64,000 bases of DNA from Podarcis liolepis (Eukaryota), in assembly GCA_965112155.1 (NCBI GenBank), contig OZ218107.1; one strand, 5' to 3'. Below, one piece after another: positions 52,870 through 64,000 of this stretch. Every line of letters begins with the position of its first letter. The stretch's first letter is position 1. The notes beneath the pieces were generated by a model that did no database searches, was not told the origin of the DNA, and saw only the letters and a program-made list of their open reading frames with translations. A program made the position numbers and the translations under genes.

Positions 52870-53930
52870 TCACGTGCTTTTGGTTCTAGACTTTGAGATG
52901 TGTTTATGGAGCTTGCCCTCAAAATCTGGCTGTTGGGCTAAGGTAGCTTCTCTTAGACAATGAGAGAAAGGACCATGGTTCAGTGACACATCACATGCCA
53001 TGCAGCATGCCCCAGGTGCAGTCCTGGGCATCTCCACGGGTGTGCGCAAAAGACTGCCTGACACTCGGAAGCATCACTGCCAGACTGTTTAGCCAGCAGT
53101 GGGAAATCTCCAGCCTAATTAGATCTGCCAAACTTCCCCATTTGCCCTTTGAAGCCATTTCAAGCAAACCATGCCCACCTGTCCAACATTTGCCAAAATA
53201 TGTATCATCAGATGTAGAGCAGATGGTGTATTTCTTTTTTATTACTATTTTTTTGTTGGCACATTTTGTTATTTGATGATAACTTTTTGTGAGGCAGTGG
53301 CTAGAACTGTACAGTGATACCTCGGGTTACATACGCTTCAGGTTACAGACTCCGCTAACCCAGAAATAGTGCTTCAGGTTAAGAACTTTGCTTCAGGATA
53401 AGAACAGAAATCGTGCTCCTGCGGCGTGGCGGCAGCAGGAGGCCCCATTAGCTAAAGTGGTGCTTCAGGCTAAGAACAGTTTCAGGTCAAGAACGGACCT
53501 CCAGAACGAATTAAGTTCGTAAACCGAGGTACCACTGTATGCAATATTCCACATGTGACCACACCATAGATTTATATAACATAATGTCAGTTTTGGCTGT
53601 TTTAATTTCAACAACTGCCCTCATTCAGCATGCCTTTTACACCCCTGCTGCTCACTGAGTTTAGGATTTTGTTGAACCCCAAGACTTCTTTCTAGGTTAG
53701 TACATCCAGTTTATATACTTGCCCATGTATTTGTATACTCGGGACTTTTGCCCCAAAGTGTATCCCTTTCTCTTTACTTACATTGAACCCAATTGGCCAT
53801 TTCGTTACCTACTTACTCTGAGGAAATCATATTTGGAGCTTTTTGCAGTCCACTTTGGGTTTTTTCTATTTCAAATGATTTGGTGTGTCATCCACCACAA
53901 ACTTGCCACCTCATTAATCACCCAAGACTC
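52870..53930 (-). mobile_element. Old CR1 fragment interrupted by a MITE
   Basis: gaggcagtggctagaactgta[MITE]tgcaatattccacatgtgaccacaccatagatttatataac resembles the CR1 segment at 10960-11030. Outer boundaries uncertain. Confidence 0.6.
53312..53537. mobile_element. Tigger-like MITE, family B
   Basis: TA|cagtgatacctcgggttac ... gtaaaccgaggtaccactg|TA. Confidence 0.92.
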
Positions 53931-54039
53931 CAGTATGCTCACCACTTAACAATTTCCAGATCCAACCAAATTCCCGTTGCCATACTTTATGACAACTAGT
54001 GAGTTACAGAAATATTCCTTTATTATTTGATTGTTTAGT

Positions 54040-55250
54040 TAATTGATTGGTAACGTATGGGGTTCTGTGAGGTTCCATTTTGTCCCCACACTGTTTAATA
54101 AATACATGAAACTGCTGGGTGAACTCACCCAGAGAGTTGGAGTTCAGAGCCATCACTGTGCTAATGACACCAAACTCTGTTTTGAATTGTCCTCTTATCT
54201 TAGGGAAGCAGTAGAAAGGCTGAACTGCTATTTGGTGGCTATGAAGGACCGGTTGGGCAGGGCAAGCTAAAATTTAATCCAGACAACTCTGAAGTAATGT
54301 TGATGGGTAGAGACTGTGTGACTCAGGTTTGGGTTTACAACCTGTTCTGGATGGGATTGAAAAGATCAGGTTTGTAGCTTGGCTTTACTCTTTGAGTCCG
54401 TTTAACTGTAGGTGCTGGAGAGGCCATACAAACATTTCTAGTGAGGGAATTCAGGGAAATCTGAATTCTAAATCTCACGGAAAGCCCACAAAAAATAATA
54501 ATCAGAAAACAGGCCCCACTGTTGTTATCTCCCCCCATCCACCCCAAAACTTACGGAGGCAATGGGAATGGTGAGCTGACCTGGTGCACTTATCTCTGAT
54601 AATATCCCTCATCATGTGAGGAATGTAACACATAAGAATAAGACTATTGTGGCAGAGGACTATGTAAGACTGCCCTATAAGTAAATTTAGAAAATTGTAA
54701 CTAGTGCGAAAAGTTTCAGTTGGGATGCTGACTTGTGTTAGCCGCTTCAAATTTTATCACACCAGTGTGTGATCGGCAATGGCTGCCAGTTTGCTTCCGA
54801 GCTCAATTGAAGATATTGATTGGTGTTGACCTTTAAAGACCTTAACAGCTTGGGACCTGTGACCATCAACTTCCATATGAGCCTCCCTGCACACTGATAT
54901 TCCTGCTCTAGGTCTCTTGACACTGTGAAGCGGAGAATAAACTAGGGCCTTTTCTGCAGTGGCACCCACACTGTGGAATGTCTTTTCAAGCAAGCTGCAT
55001 CAGACTCTCACTACATTATTTTAAATGGCTGGTGGTGACATGCATCTTTTAAAAGGCCTTCTTTCTGGTACAGTATTTTGTTTAATTCTGATGGCTTTTT
55101 TGTAATGTTTACTGTGGCCTTGTTTATCAAGCTATGGTTTTGATGTATGATTTGGTTGAATTGTTTCCATGACTTCTTGTTGTTGTTGTTACCACTTTGG
55201 CTTTTCATTAAAAAAACAGGCAAGATATAAGTTTGTAAAATAAATATTAG
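54040..55250 (+). mobile_element. Decayed L2 LINE fragments
   Basis: PTLFNKYMKLLGEL...HHCANDTKL (decayed RT YADD region) at about 54085-54180. agggccttttctgcagtggcacccacactgtggaat at about 54943. May be several pieces. Confidence 0.7.
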
Positions 55251-56407
55251 GACCCGCATATTCCCCCCCCTCTACTGTTGGTACTTAAACATTCTGTATT
55301 AGAAGTCATGTGTCAGGAAATCATGACTCCTGAAAGCAAAGGGTTAAGCTCTGTGTGTACCAAGCGTGTTGTATAAATATCAAGCGGAATGGAATAGCGG
55401 GTGGCTAAGGTAAGCTTTGTTTGTTTAGCATGAACACTTAATTGAAGTAATCATTTTATATAAGTTGGTGTGAGGAAAGTTAAATGTACCTATAGGTTTA
55501 ATTACTTGGTGTTTATTTTATTAGCCTGTAGGGACAAGAAAATAAGTGGAATATATATATATTCATACCCATTCTCTTGCAAAGATTCACAGCTGAGTTA
55601 GTAAATAAAATTTAAGGACAAAAAGAGATTACAATCCCAGTTCTTGATTCTTTATTTTACTCCAAAACTTTAGAAAGACAAATCCACCAAATAAATATAA
55701 TCTAAGGAAAAAATGTTTGTTATTTTGAGGAGCATTTAAGCAAGCGGTCTGTGTTGGCAGCTAAATTTATGAAAAGTTTACCATAGCACACGCTGGCCTC
55801 ATTTCGGCGTAACACTGAACCATGGAGTAGCAGTATGGCACAAGGCTGGCTGGCTTTAGGGATCATTTGCTCCCTGTTTTAAACCAACTGAGGGCTTTTG
55901 TTATGTCACTGAACTGCAACAGACAGTGATTAGTTTTTAGACGTGGCTTGTCTGAAGGAGATGGCTTCAAACGGCAGTTCACAATCCTGGCTTGTTCAGA
56001 TAAACCATAGCGAAAAATAAGTGTGATTAGTTGAAAATGGAAGCAAATCCTTCCATTCTCTTCCTTGTAGCCACACCTAGACGAAGAGATGGGAGGGCAA
56101 ATGCTAGAGCCCATGGCTCACTTAGGCTAGTTTCCATAGTGCTAAACTTTCATGCACACACAGACCTAGCAATTAGGCTCATTACCTAAACCAAAACACC
56201 ACAGGGGGGGGTTAGTGGGGAAAGTAGAAGGAAAGGAAAAAGGTGGGAGAGAAAGAGTGTGGCAAAAATGAGTGGCCCACCTCTATCTCCGACCCCAGCG
56301 GCTTTTGGCTTACTGGTGTTGTAGACACAACCAGCTGCAATTTCCATAGTGGCTGCAGCACACTGTGGAACAGCTGCACTGTGGAGGTGGTGTCTGTTCA
56401 TGTAAAC

Positions 56408-56543
56408 CAGGCCTAGGCAAACTCGGCCCTCCAGGTGTTTTTGGGACTACAATTCCCATCATCTCTGACCACTGGTCCTGTTAACTAGGGATGATGGGAG
56501 TTGTAGTCCCAAAACATCTGGAGGCCGAGTTTGCCTTGGCCTG
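56408..56543. mobile_element. hAT MITE
   Basis: TIR caggcctaggcaaactcggcc/ggccgagtttgccttggcctg. Perfect 8-bp TSD atgtaaac. Confidence 0.93.
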
Positions 56544-56877
56544 ATGTAAACAAGGCCTTTATACAAGAGCTCAGCCATGTGTGCTGGAGCAGCCCAATAT
56601 ATTTCCTTGGTCATTGTAGACAAGCTACCATGACCCCTGAACAGACCCATGGTTTGCTTAAACTAAATATGGAATGATTTTTTCCCCATGGCAAGGTGTT
56701 ATATTTTTGAAGGGTAAGTCTATTTGGACAGGTTCAATTGTCTGTGTTCTAGTAACTTCTAGGTTAGTTTACTGCAATGTGCTGTAGTAACGGCTGACCA
56801 TTTGGAAACTACAGCTAGTGCAGAATTCTGAAGCCATATTACTGAGATCAAAAGGTCTGAACATACTGCAATAAATT

Positions 56878-57400
56878 TGGCCTGACTGCACCGGCTACCA
56901 AAAAGTTTCCAGGCTCAATTCAGAGGGCCGGTTTTGGCCTATAAGGCCTTATGCCTCTCAAGACCCCAAACATCAAGGATCACCTATTCTCACTTGAATC
57001 AGCTTGGACCCTGCAGTCTTAACTTTCTTCATGCACCTCATCCAAAGGAAGTACAGAGGGTGGCTGTTTAACTGGAGGCTCTTTGTCTGTTCTGTGCTTT
57101 CTGCAGGTAAACACAGGTGGTTCCATCGTTGTCAAATTTTAGGCATTAAGCTAAAAGATTTTTATTTACGTAGGCTTTTGGTGATTCTGGGAGCCCCTAC
57201 TGTAGTACTAGTCTTTTAATGGGGTGGGGTAGGACTTCTACTTATTGTGTGGCCTGATAAGCATTTTTAGGAATTTTGTACGTCATTTTAAATTTGACTT
57301 TAAATTGTTTTTATATGTTGGCATTTTTGTTGTTGTTGGGTCACGTTGAGACTATTTTTTTGTAATGGCAGCTAACAAGTCAAGTAATAATAAATAATGC
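56878..57400 (+). mobile_element. Decayed L2 3' fragment
   Basis: ctgcaccggctacca...caattcagagggccggttttggcctataaggcctta (LHWLP...FKVLVL-like), ending in an aataataaataat tail. Confidence 0.55.
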
Positions 57401-58707
57401 CATCCAAATTAGCAGCCACTCTTATGCTACTCTTTAGGTAGCAAATTCTATAATTTTGTTTTGTGTGAAGTGGTTTCTTTGTCTTTCGTTCTTTCTGCAT
57501 AGTTTCAATGGAAATCTATACTGAATTATAGTTCTGCTCAAACCTTTCAATTGGTATAATATTGTTCTTAATGCTCTGCAAATTTGTAGTGCAGACTGCC
57601 TTGGTTCTCTTATACTTGTATTGCCTCTACTTATACAATATTTCCAAAGGACTATTTTAGAATTGCAATATATTTTTTCACCTTTGAGACTGCTTTGTTG
57701 CAATTTCTAAATAAGAGAATTAAAATGTTAAGAACCAACTTTTTGGACATTTATCAGTATTATAGGAGGTCTTTTCTGCAAGTTAGAATTGAAGGAATAG
57801 AGGTTGAAAATTGGTTAAGCTGATGATGTAGAAATATTACTAGGTAACTCTTCAAAGAACTTTAAGCACACACTAAAGTGGAATGAGATATAATACAAGG
57901 TGGAAATGCAACTTAACACTCTCTCAAAACGCTGACACTTCTGATAGTGGCACATTGTCTTAAAGTTGCAATCTTGACATCTCCCTGACACTGGTGTTAC
58001 TGCACATTCTCAGGTGAAAGCCGAGGGGCACATTTGAGTTGATACAATGAGGAAGCCTCGTTCCTTTATATAAAATAATAGTACAATGCAGAACTAAGAA
58101 TTGAAAGTCACTATGTAGGGTTTATATATTTAATTTGTATCTGAAGAATAAAATTTCCTTTTAAAAATATATATTTTAACATTTTCTCTCATGGAAACCT
58201 TATAAACCAATTGCCACGAGATGTGGTGCTTACTTTAAAAAATGGTTAGATAGATAAAATCATAGCTCACACGGAAGGGAAGCAGAGTACAAAGGAATTG
58301 TGAGGATGCTCTCTTTGGCTTCCATCCCTGTTGCCATGCAGCTTATTCCCGCTTCCTGTGTGTTCAGGGCAAATATGTACAGAGGGGTTCCTGCTATACT
58401 CACCCAGGGCTCTAGATTGCAGAGGGAGCCTACACAAGTGCACCCTCAAAATGGCGATCTCCGGGGAAGGGTTCCCTCGATTTGATGTATGTCATAGGGC
58501 AATCCCTTAACCTTTGTTAACCCTGCTGAATAGTCAATAAGCAGTAGGTTGGTTGATTCAGGATATACAATCAATGGCCGCTAAAAACCTGCTGGCGCCT
58601 GTAATAATAAAACTGTGGCCTGTTCAAATCCCAAGTGGCTATCCTGTGTTGTTGCAACTTCGCCATGCCTTGGCCTGATGATGATTAATGAAACAGAAGG
58701 GATAGAT

Positions 58708-58843
58708 CAGGCTTCCTCAACCTCGGCCCTCCAGATGTTTTGAGACTACCATTCCCAGCATCCCTGACCACTGGTCCCGCTAGCTAAGGATCATGGGAGT
58801 TGTAGGCCAAAAACATCTGGAGGGCCAAGATTGAGAAAGCCTG
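58708..58843. mobile_element. hAT MITE
   Basis: TIR caggcttcctcaacct/agattgagaaagcctg. Perfect 8-bp TSD ggatagat. Confidence 0.93.
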
Positions 58844-61800
58844 GGATAGATACTCAGTGCTGAAGGCAACGGTTCAGTCCCTGTTTCAGAATTGCTTCAG
58901 TTTCCAACCTAATTTTCAAAATCTGCAAATGTTAAACTGGACAAAGTGGTCTTGGCACAACTGATTTTTTCAGGTCACACCACAGAAGTGTGTAATGTAC
59001 TTAAAACAGTGGTTTTGGAGAAAGTCACCTTGCACTTAATTGGTTCTAGAAGTGCAATAATAAAGCATTGTTTGGGAAACATTTACCAAGATTCCTGACG
59101 ATACCTTTTTAGATTTAGATGAATTACTTTTAAAACAACCTCTTGCTCATAGTTAAGGAGACTAACAATCTTATTGGAAATGGTAGTTTGCTTCACACAA
59201 ACTAAAAGCCCTCTTGGCAGTAGAAACACTAGCAATCATCTTCTTGCCTTGTAATTGGTTGCTAAATTTTTCGCCAAACATTTTAGAGTTAACACGGCAT
59301 TGTTAATCTTATGCAATTTTCACAGTTTCTTGCATAGTACTCTTTACACTAGTTTTTTAAAACAAATTATTGTGACTTTATATCCTTTTAAAGAACATTT
59401 ATAGATCATTAACATAACTGCTATTAAATCACACTTAATCTCCTTAGCTAATGATATTCTAGAGCATACTCTGAGAAAAGAAATGTTCACTGTCAAGGCT
59501 GCTTCTATCATAACAGCATACAGGAACACTCCAGAAAGTAAATTATTTTAAAACATCTGTGTCTTTAAAAAGCCAGTGGTTCTGTGAAGATTTGGACTAC
59601 AGTTACCTCTGATCATTATAAGTTTGTTTCCATTGTCGTGCTACATGTTATATTGTGCAACTTTACAATTAAAGCACAACCTTCATTCCTAAACAAATTT
59701 CAGTAATTCCAATTGATTTCAGGGATGCGACGGCATAGTTGCTAAATTGGACAGCTATCTGGTTGTGGTTCCTATGTTCAAAGTTATTAAAGACCTTTAA
59801 GAGGAATTTCACTGCAGCAATACAGCCTATTTATTTAATTGAACAGGCTCACAAAGATATAAATCTTCTTTACGAGGACTGCTTTTCTCCAATGAGCTGA
59901 AAGGTCATTGTTTAGTGGATTTTAAAATCTATTGAAGTTATATGGCAGACAACTTTTTAGTTGCCTACTGTGATTTGTTGATATTTGCATTTGGTTATGC
60001 TTTTCTAAAAACATGTTAATTGGATATGTTTTATCTATAGAAAAAAGATACGTCTGTGTTTGTGTATCATCTAAGTATCTACACAAATTGCTAGTAAACA
60101 AAGCCTGCGTCCTGAAAATATGTATGTTCCATGTAGTAGAGTGCTGGTTGTACTTGTGAAGTCTTTCCCAATTGTCAGATCCGTCTCTATATCCATCTCT
60201 GGGTGAGGCAGCCACCCAGTGGAAGACTCCACAGAGATGTAAACAAGTTGCTTCCATCTTTAAGAGTTTGTCGTGTACTGCCTCAACTTACTTTTCCCTG
60301 CTGGAGTGAGTTTAAACTCACTGGCGTGAGGATATTCTCTGTGTTCTCTAGCATTTTGGCTAGGGCACATCTGTGTGTGTTTCTTGCTGTAAGAATGTCA
60401 AAACTTGCAAAGAAGGTGTTCAGAAAAGAGCCAGAAACACTTGACGAATTCGATCTTTGCAAATTCCTATGTGAATTGACCTCACCTCTCTGTCTAATGT
60501 ATGGATCAGATTATTTCTGTCCATTGAATTTGGCTCTTCTCAGAATGTTGTGTCATATTCACTATCAATGAATGTTGTGTCTTATTCAATCAAAATGCAA
60601 AATATGTTCAAAACACATGAACCATAAACAGGTTTGCCAGACCCTCAGAAGAACTGCTAAAGGCTGGCAATCTCTGTTCTTGTTCCCTTCTTCAGAGGAG
60701 CATTTTGATGTTCTGTGCCCCACATGACTTCTTATTAAGATACTTAGCTGTGCCCACTTGGTTTTCTGCTTGCATTGCTACATACACAATTGTGTTTGAA
60801 ATCACTTAGTTGATGAGATAGCCTATTACTTATTTTGGAGGGAGGTGGCCTACTAGTCAGCTAGATGCTCCCTAGATCTTTTGTGCTAAATATAAGTAAG
60901 CATATACTATTATTTTTAAGATATATGAACTTAAATACTTAAAAAATATATATTTGCCACTATCTGTTGCTGCAGAGGGAGAAGATGACAAACCGTGACT
61001 GTAAAGAGAGCACAGCTTGAAAGAAGTGATCTTTTATCCGATTCATTTTTCTGTGTGTAAATAGCATGTGAATATTACTCAAGCTACTGCTTTATATAGG
61101 CCAGCTTTCCATCACCTTAATGCACTTTGTAGGAGGTGCATTTGTCTAATAACCTGTAATAGTGCTGGGTTTAATGTTTCTCAAGCCAACAACATGACCA
61201 CTGTCAGAGGAAACTGAGCAAAACAAAAAAGTCTCTTCTTAAATGTGCATTACCATCTTAGCTATCAATGCTAAATCTAAATGATACTAACAACTACAAC
61301 AACAAAAAACCAGAAACCCACAAAACCACCATGACTTCCTATGCTGTTTTTTTTTTAATAACCCTCAGGGAAAATGCTAGAGTGCATAAATTATGGGATG
61401 GCACAACCAGCTACCCATTCAGATTATTGTGATGTGATTTGTCCTGCAGCTGCTTCAAATTAAGAACAGGTGTAGAAGGCAGATTATGCAAATACCTATA
61501 TTAATGTAATTGTCAAATTGGTGTGTTTATCACTGTGCTTTTAAAGAGTAGACCATACTCTTATTTTAAATGTAAATTAGTTTTATTCTTGAGAGCCACT
61601 ATTGGATAATGAGCTTATAAATGGGAGGGGGTGTCTTTAAACATCATGAAACTCTTCTGATTTTGACATTGACTTTTCTAGTGATTTGTTTCATAAATGC
61701 TGTATAAAAATATTATTTTGTCCCCTCTTGACATTTGATAAGCCTAGCTATGGAGTGTTTGTAAAATTTAGCTTATCGGATCCACTTTTTCTTTGTTTTC

Positions 61801-64000
61801 CACTTGAGCTTGATTTTCTCTCAAGACTGAAGTTATTGTGGCAAAAATCCTGAAAGGAAACTTTTTATTTTGTTGATTAATGTGACATTTTCAGAACACA
61901 CTGTACATGCCATTAAATGTGTTTTCCTCCCACAACTCTTATTTCTGAGTAGATTTAAACATTTGTAGAAGTGTATCATTGACAGATACATGTATTACAT
62001 CCTAAGAAGATTTGGCGTATCAAAAAAATGATAGTTTAGGTTTGCTTCCATTTTTTGACATCTCTTCATTAAAGGTATAAATATAGTGTAGTGAAACCCT
62101 TATATGTGAGTAAAGTTAATCTACAAAATCTTTGCCCTCCAGCAATCAGAACTTAGTGCAAACACTTCAAACAGTTCTTCATAGAACAAACATCCAAACA
62201 ATTTATTTTGAAATGCGTCATAAAACTGTAGCAGAAATTCTGTGTTGCTCAATACTGACTCAGTCACTTTCACTTAGTTCATGATCCTAAACTCAGCTGT
62301 TCATGAACATAGGCAGTGTCATCTGAATTGCTGGCAAAATGCCACAGCTTGTGCTATTACAGTGCATGAACTTGAACCACCATGAGTGTTTACTTGCTTA
62401 CTGTAAGTCCAGTGTGAGGATACTTGCATCATGCTGCCACATGTAGAGAAGAGTTAAATTATATTGCTTAGTGTTTTCTTTTAGTTCTCACAACAGGAAG
62501 GGACAGACAAATTAATACAGCCAAACCAAAAGTAGTAAAGTTTACAAATTGCCTTTTCTAGCGATTTTAGTAAAGTGTCTGACGTTATTGCTAGAGTTTT
62601 CACTTCCATCATATTATCCCCAAATTACAGGCAGATCTGTGGAAAGCCTTCTTGCTTCGATGGAATCTGATAAGCATTCGACTAGGAACTCTAGCATATT
62701 CACTAGTGTTCATTGCTGGCTGTGAAAATGTTTAATTCTTGCAATATTTTTGGCACCAAATCAATTTATGTGATCCTGTAGAAACCCACAATAATATACT
62801 GTATAACTTATTGATACATTGCAACCATGAATGGAAACATAGCCACAAAAGATGCTGGATGCCTTGACTTAAAGAACAATTAGCAGTTGGGTGGGGGGCA
62901 GTGAAGAATTAACCTTCATAGGGAGCTAGCTGAACTTCAATTTAAGTAATTGAATTTCTGCAGAAATCTATTTCAGGGGGTGAGAATTATCCGCTGGATT
63001 CTTCCAGTGCACTTCACAAATTCCTATGCCATGAAAGAAGTGGTTATGAAAGCATCCCAGACGCAGGAAGTTGTATTGCTGTAAAAAGTTTGATACCTAG
63101 GACAAAACAATGATCAATCAAATTTATTCTCTTAAGAATAAATAGCATCCTCTGTAATTTTGAAATACCTTCTACATAAGTAAGTAGACTATCATTTTAC
63201 CACAATTAGTCAGTCAACATCTATAGTATACTGTACAAACATTCATCAGGTAAATGATTTGTATATTCATTCTTTGCAAAGATAGAGATTATTCCAACAG
63301 TAGCATTCCCCCACAATGAGTTGCCTTTCAATTCAATAATAATAAAAAAGGTTTCATCTTAGTGTTTATCCGCCAGCTCCTTCTGTCAGTAAAATATACT
63401 AGGTGTGGTTTGGCTGTCAGGATATAAATTTGCATGTAGCGGCAGTCAGCTTGCACAGCCATTCAATATGGATACATGCCAAGTTCAGTCAAGGTCTGTG
63501 GGTGAACTCATTGTTCCACTGAGATCAGTGGTAAAGTGTCTATTGACTTCAGTGCACTCAGGTTTTCTGTCTGCAATTATTCTTTCTCTGCAACCCATCC
63601 TGTTGATGGCTCTGATAACTTTGCATTTTGTCTTTTGTCACTTGTGACATTTGCTGGGTTGACATTCAAGGAACGTTGAAGAGCCATTCCTGCAGCAGTG
63701 TGTGAGGGAAAGCACAGTGGCAGTGGCACCCTCCTGAGCAGAGGAGGTGCTGCACTTCCCAGGATGGGACAAGTCCACCTCTGCCGCCAACCCAGAGCTC
63801 CCCCAATGTCATGGTCGCCTTGCCCCATCCTGGTAAATGCAGTTGTGCCATGAGGGTGCTATTGCCACCCTACCCCACACCCCACCTATCACTGCTGCTG
63901 AGCCATTCTGTTCTTGAAAATTTTCTGGAAATCTATCGCGTTTAAACATATTTGTAACCTTTCATTAGAGTTGCCACCAAAATTTTGTCAAATCATAACT

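Larger units (their letters stand above)
46857..64000 (+). other. FOXP2: FOXP2 intron downstream of exon 3 (partial)
   Basis: Starts at GT 46857. No VPVSVAMMTPQ-coding exon seen before the window ends. Confidence 0.85.

Noticed and set aside
58888-58905. gaattgcttc, resembling the start of human FOXP2 exon 3b (ELLPETK...)
   Set aside because: The match ends after about 10 nt and no similar peptide follows.

Overview
Vertebrate, AT-rich, almost entirely non-coding DNA. The repeats (Sauria SINE, CR1, L2, L1-like, Penelope, hAT and Tc1/pogo MITEs) point to a squamate, probably a lacertid lizard (inference). The window lies inside FOXP2 on the + strand. The only firm coding sequence is the 90-bp exon at 46767-46856 ([30 protein letters not shown], matching human FOXP2 exon 3), flanked by long introns. 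Almost every other ORF in the track is spurious or transposon-derived. Best leads: (1) an intact minimal Penelope-type hammerhead ribozyme core on the FOXP2 sense strand (26963-27000); (2) a 58-nt candidate frame-shifting cassette exon (51945-52002) matching the size and position of human exon 3a; (3) a strong splice acceptor opening a stop-containing candidate exon at 18271; (4) two Sauria SINE heads cut at the same 3' point, one with a target-derived tail; (5) a CpG-rich MITE with a 60-bp palindrome. Five N-runs hide about 1.1 kb. I found no convincing wholly new biological system. Repeat family names come from recognition, not database searches, and many boundaries are approximate.
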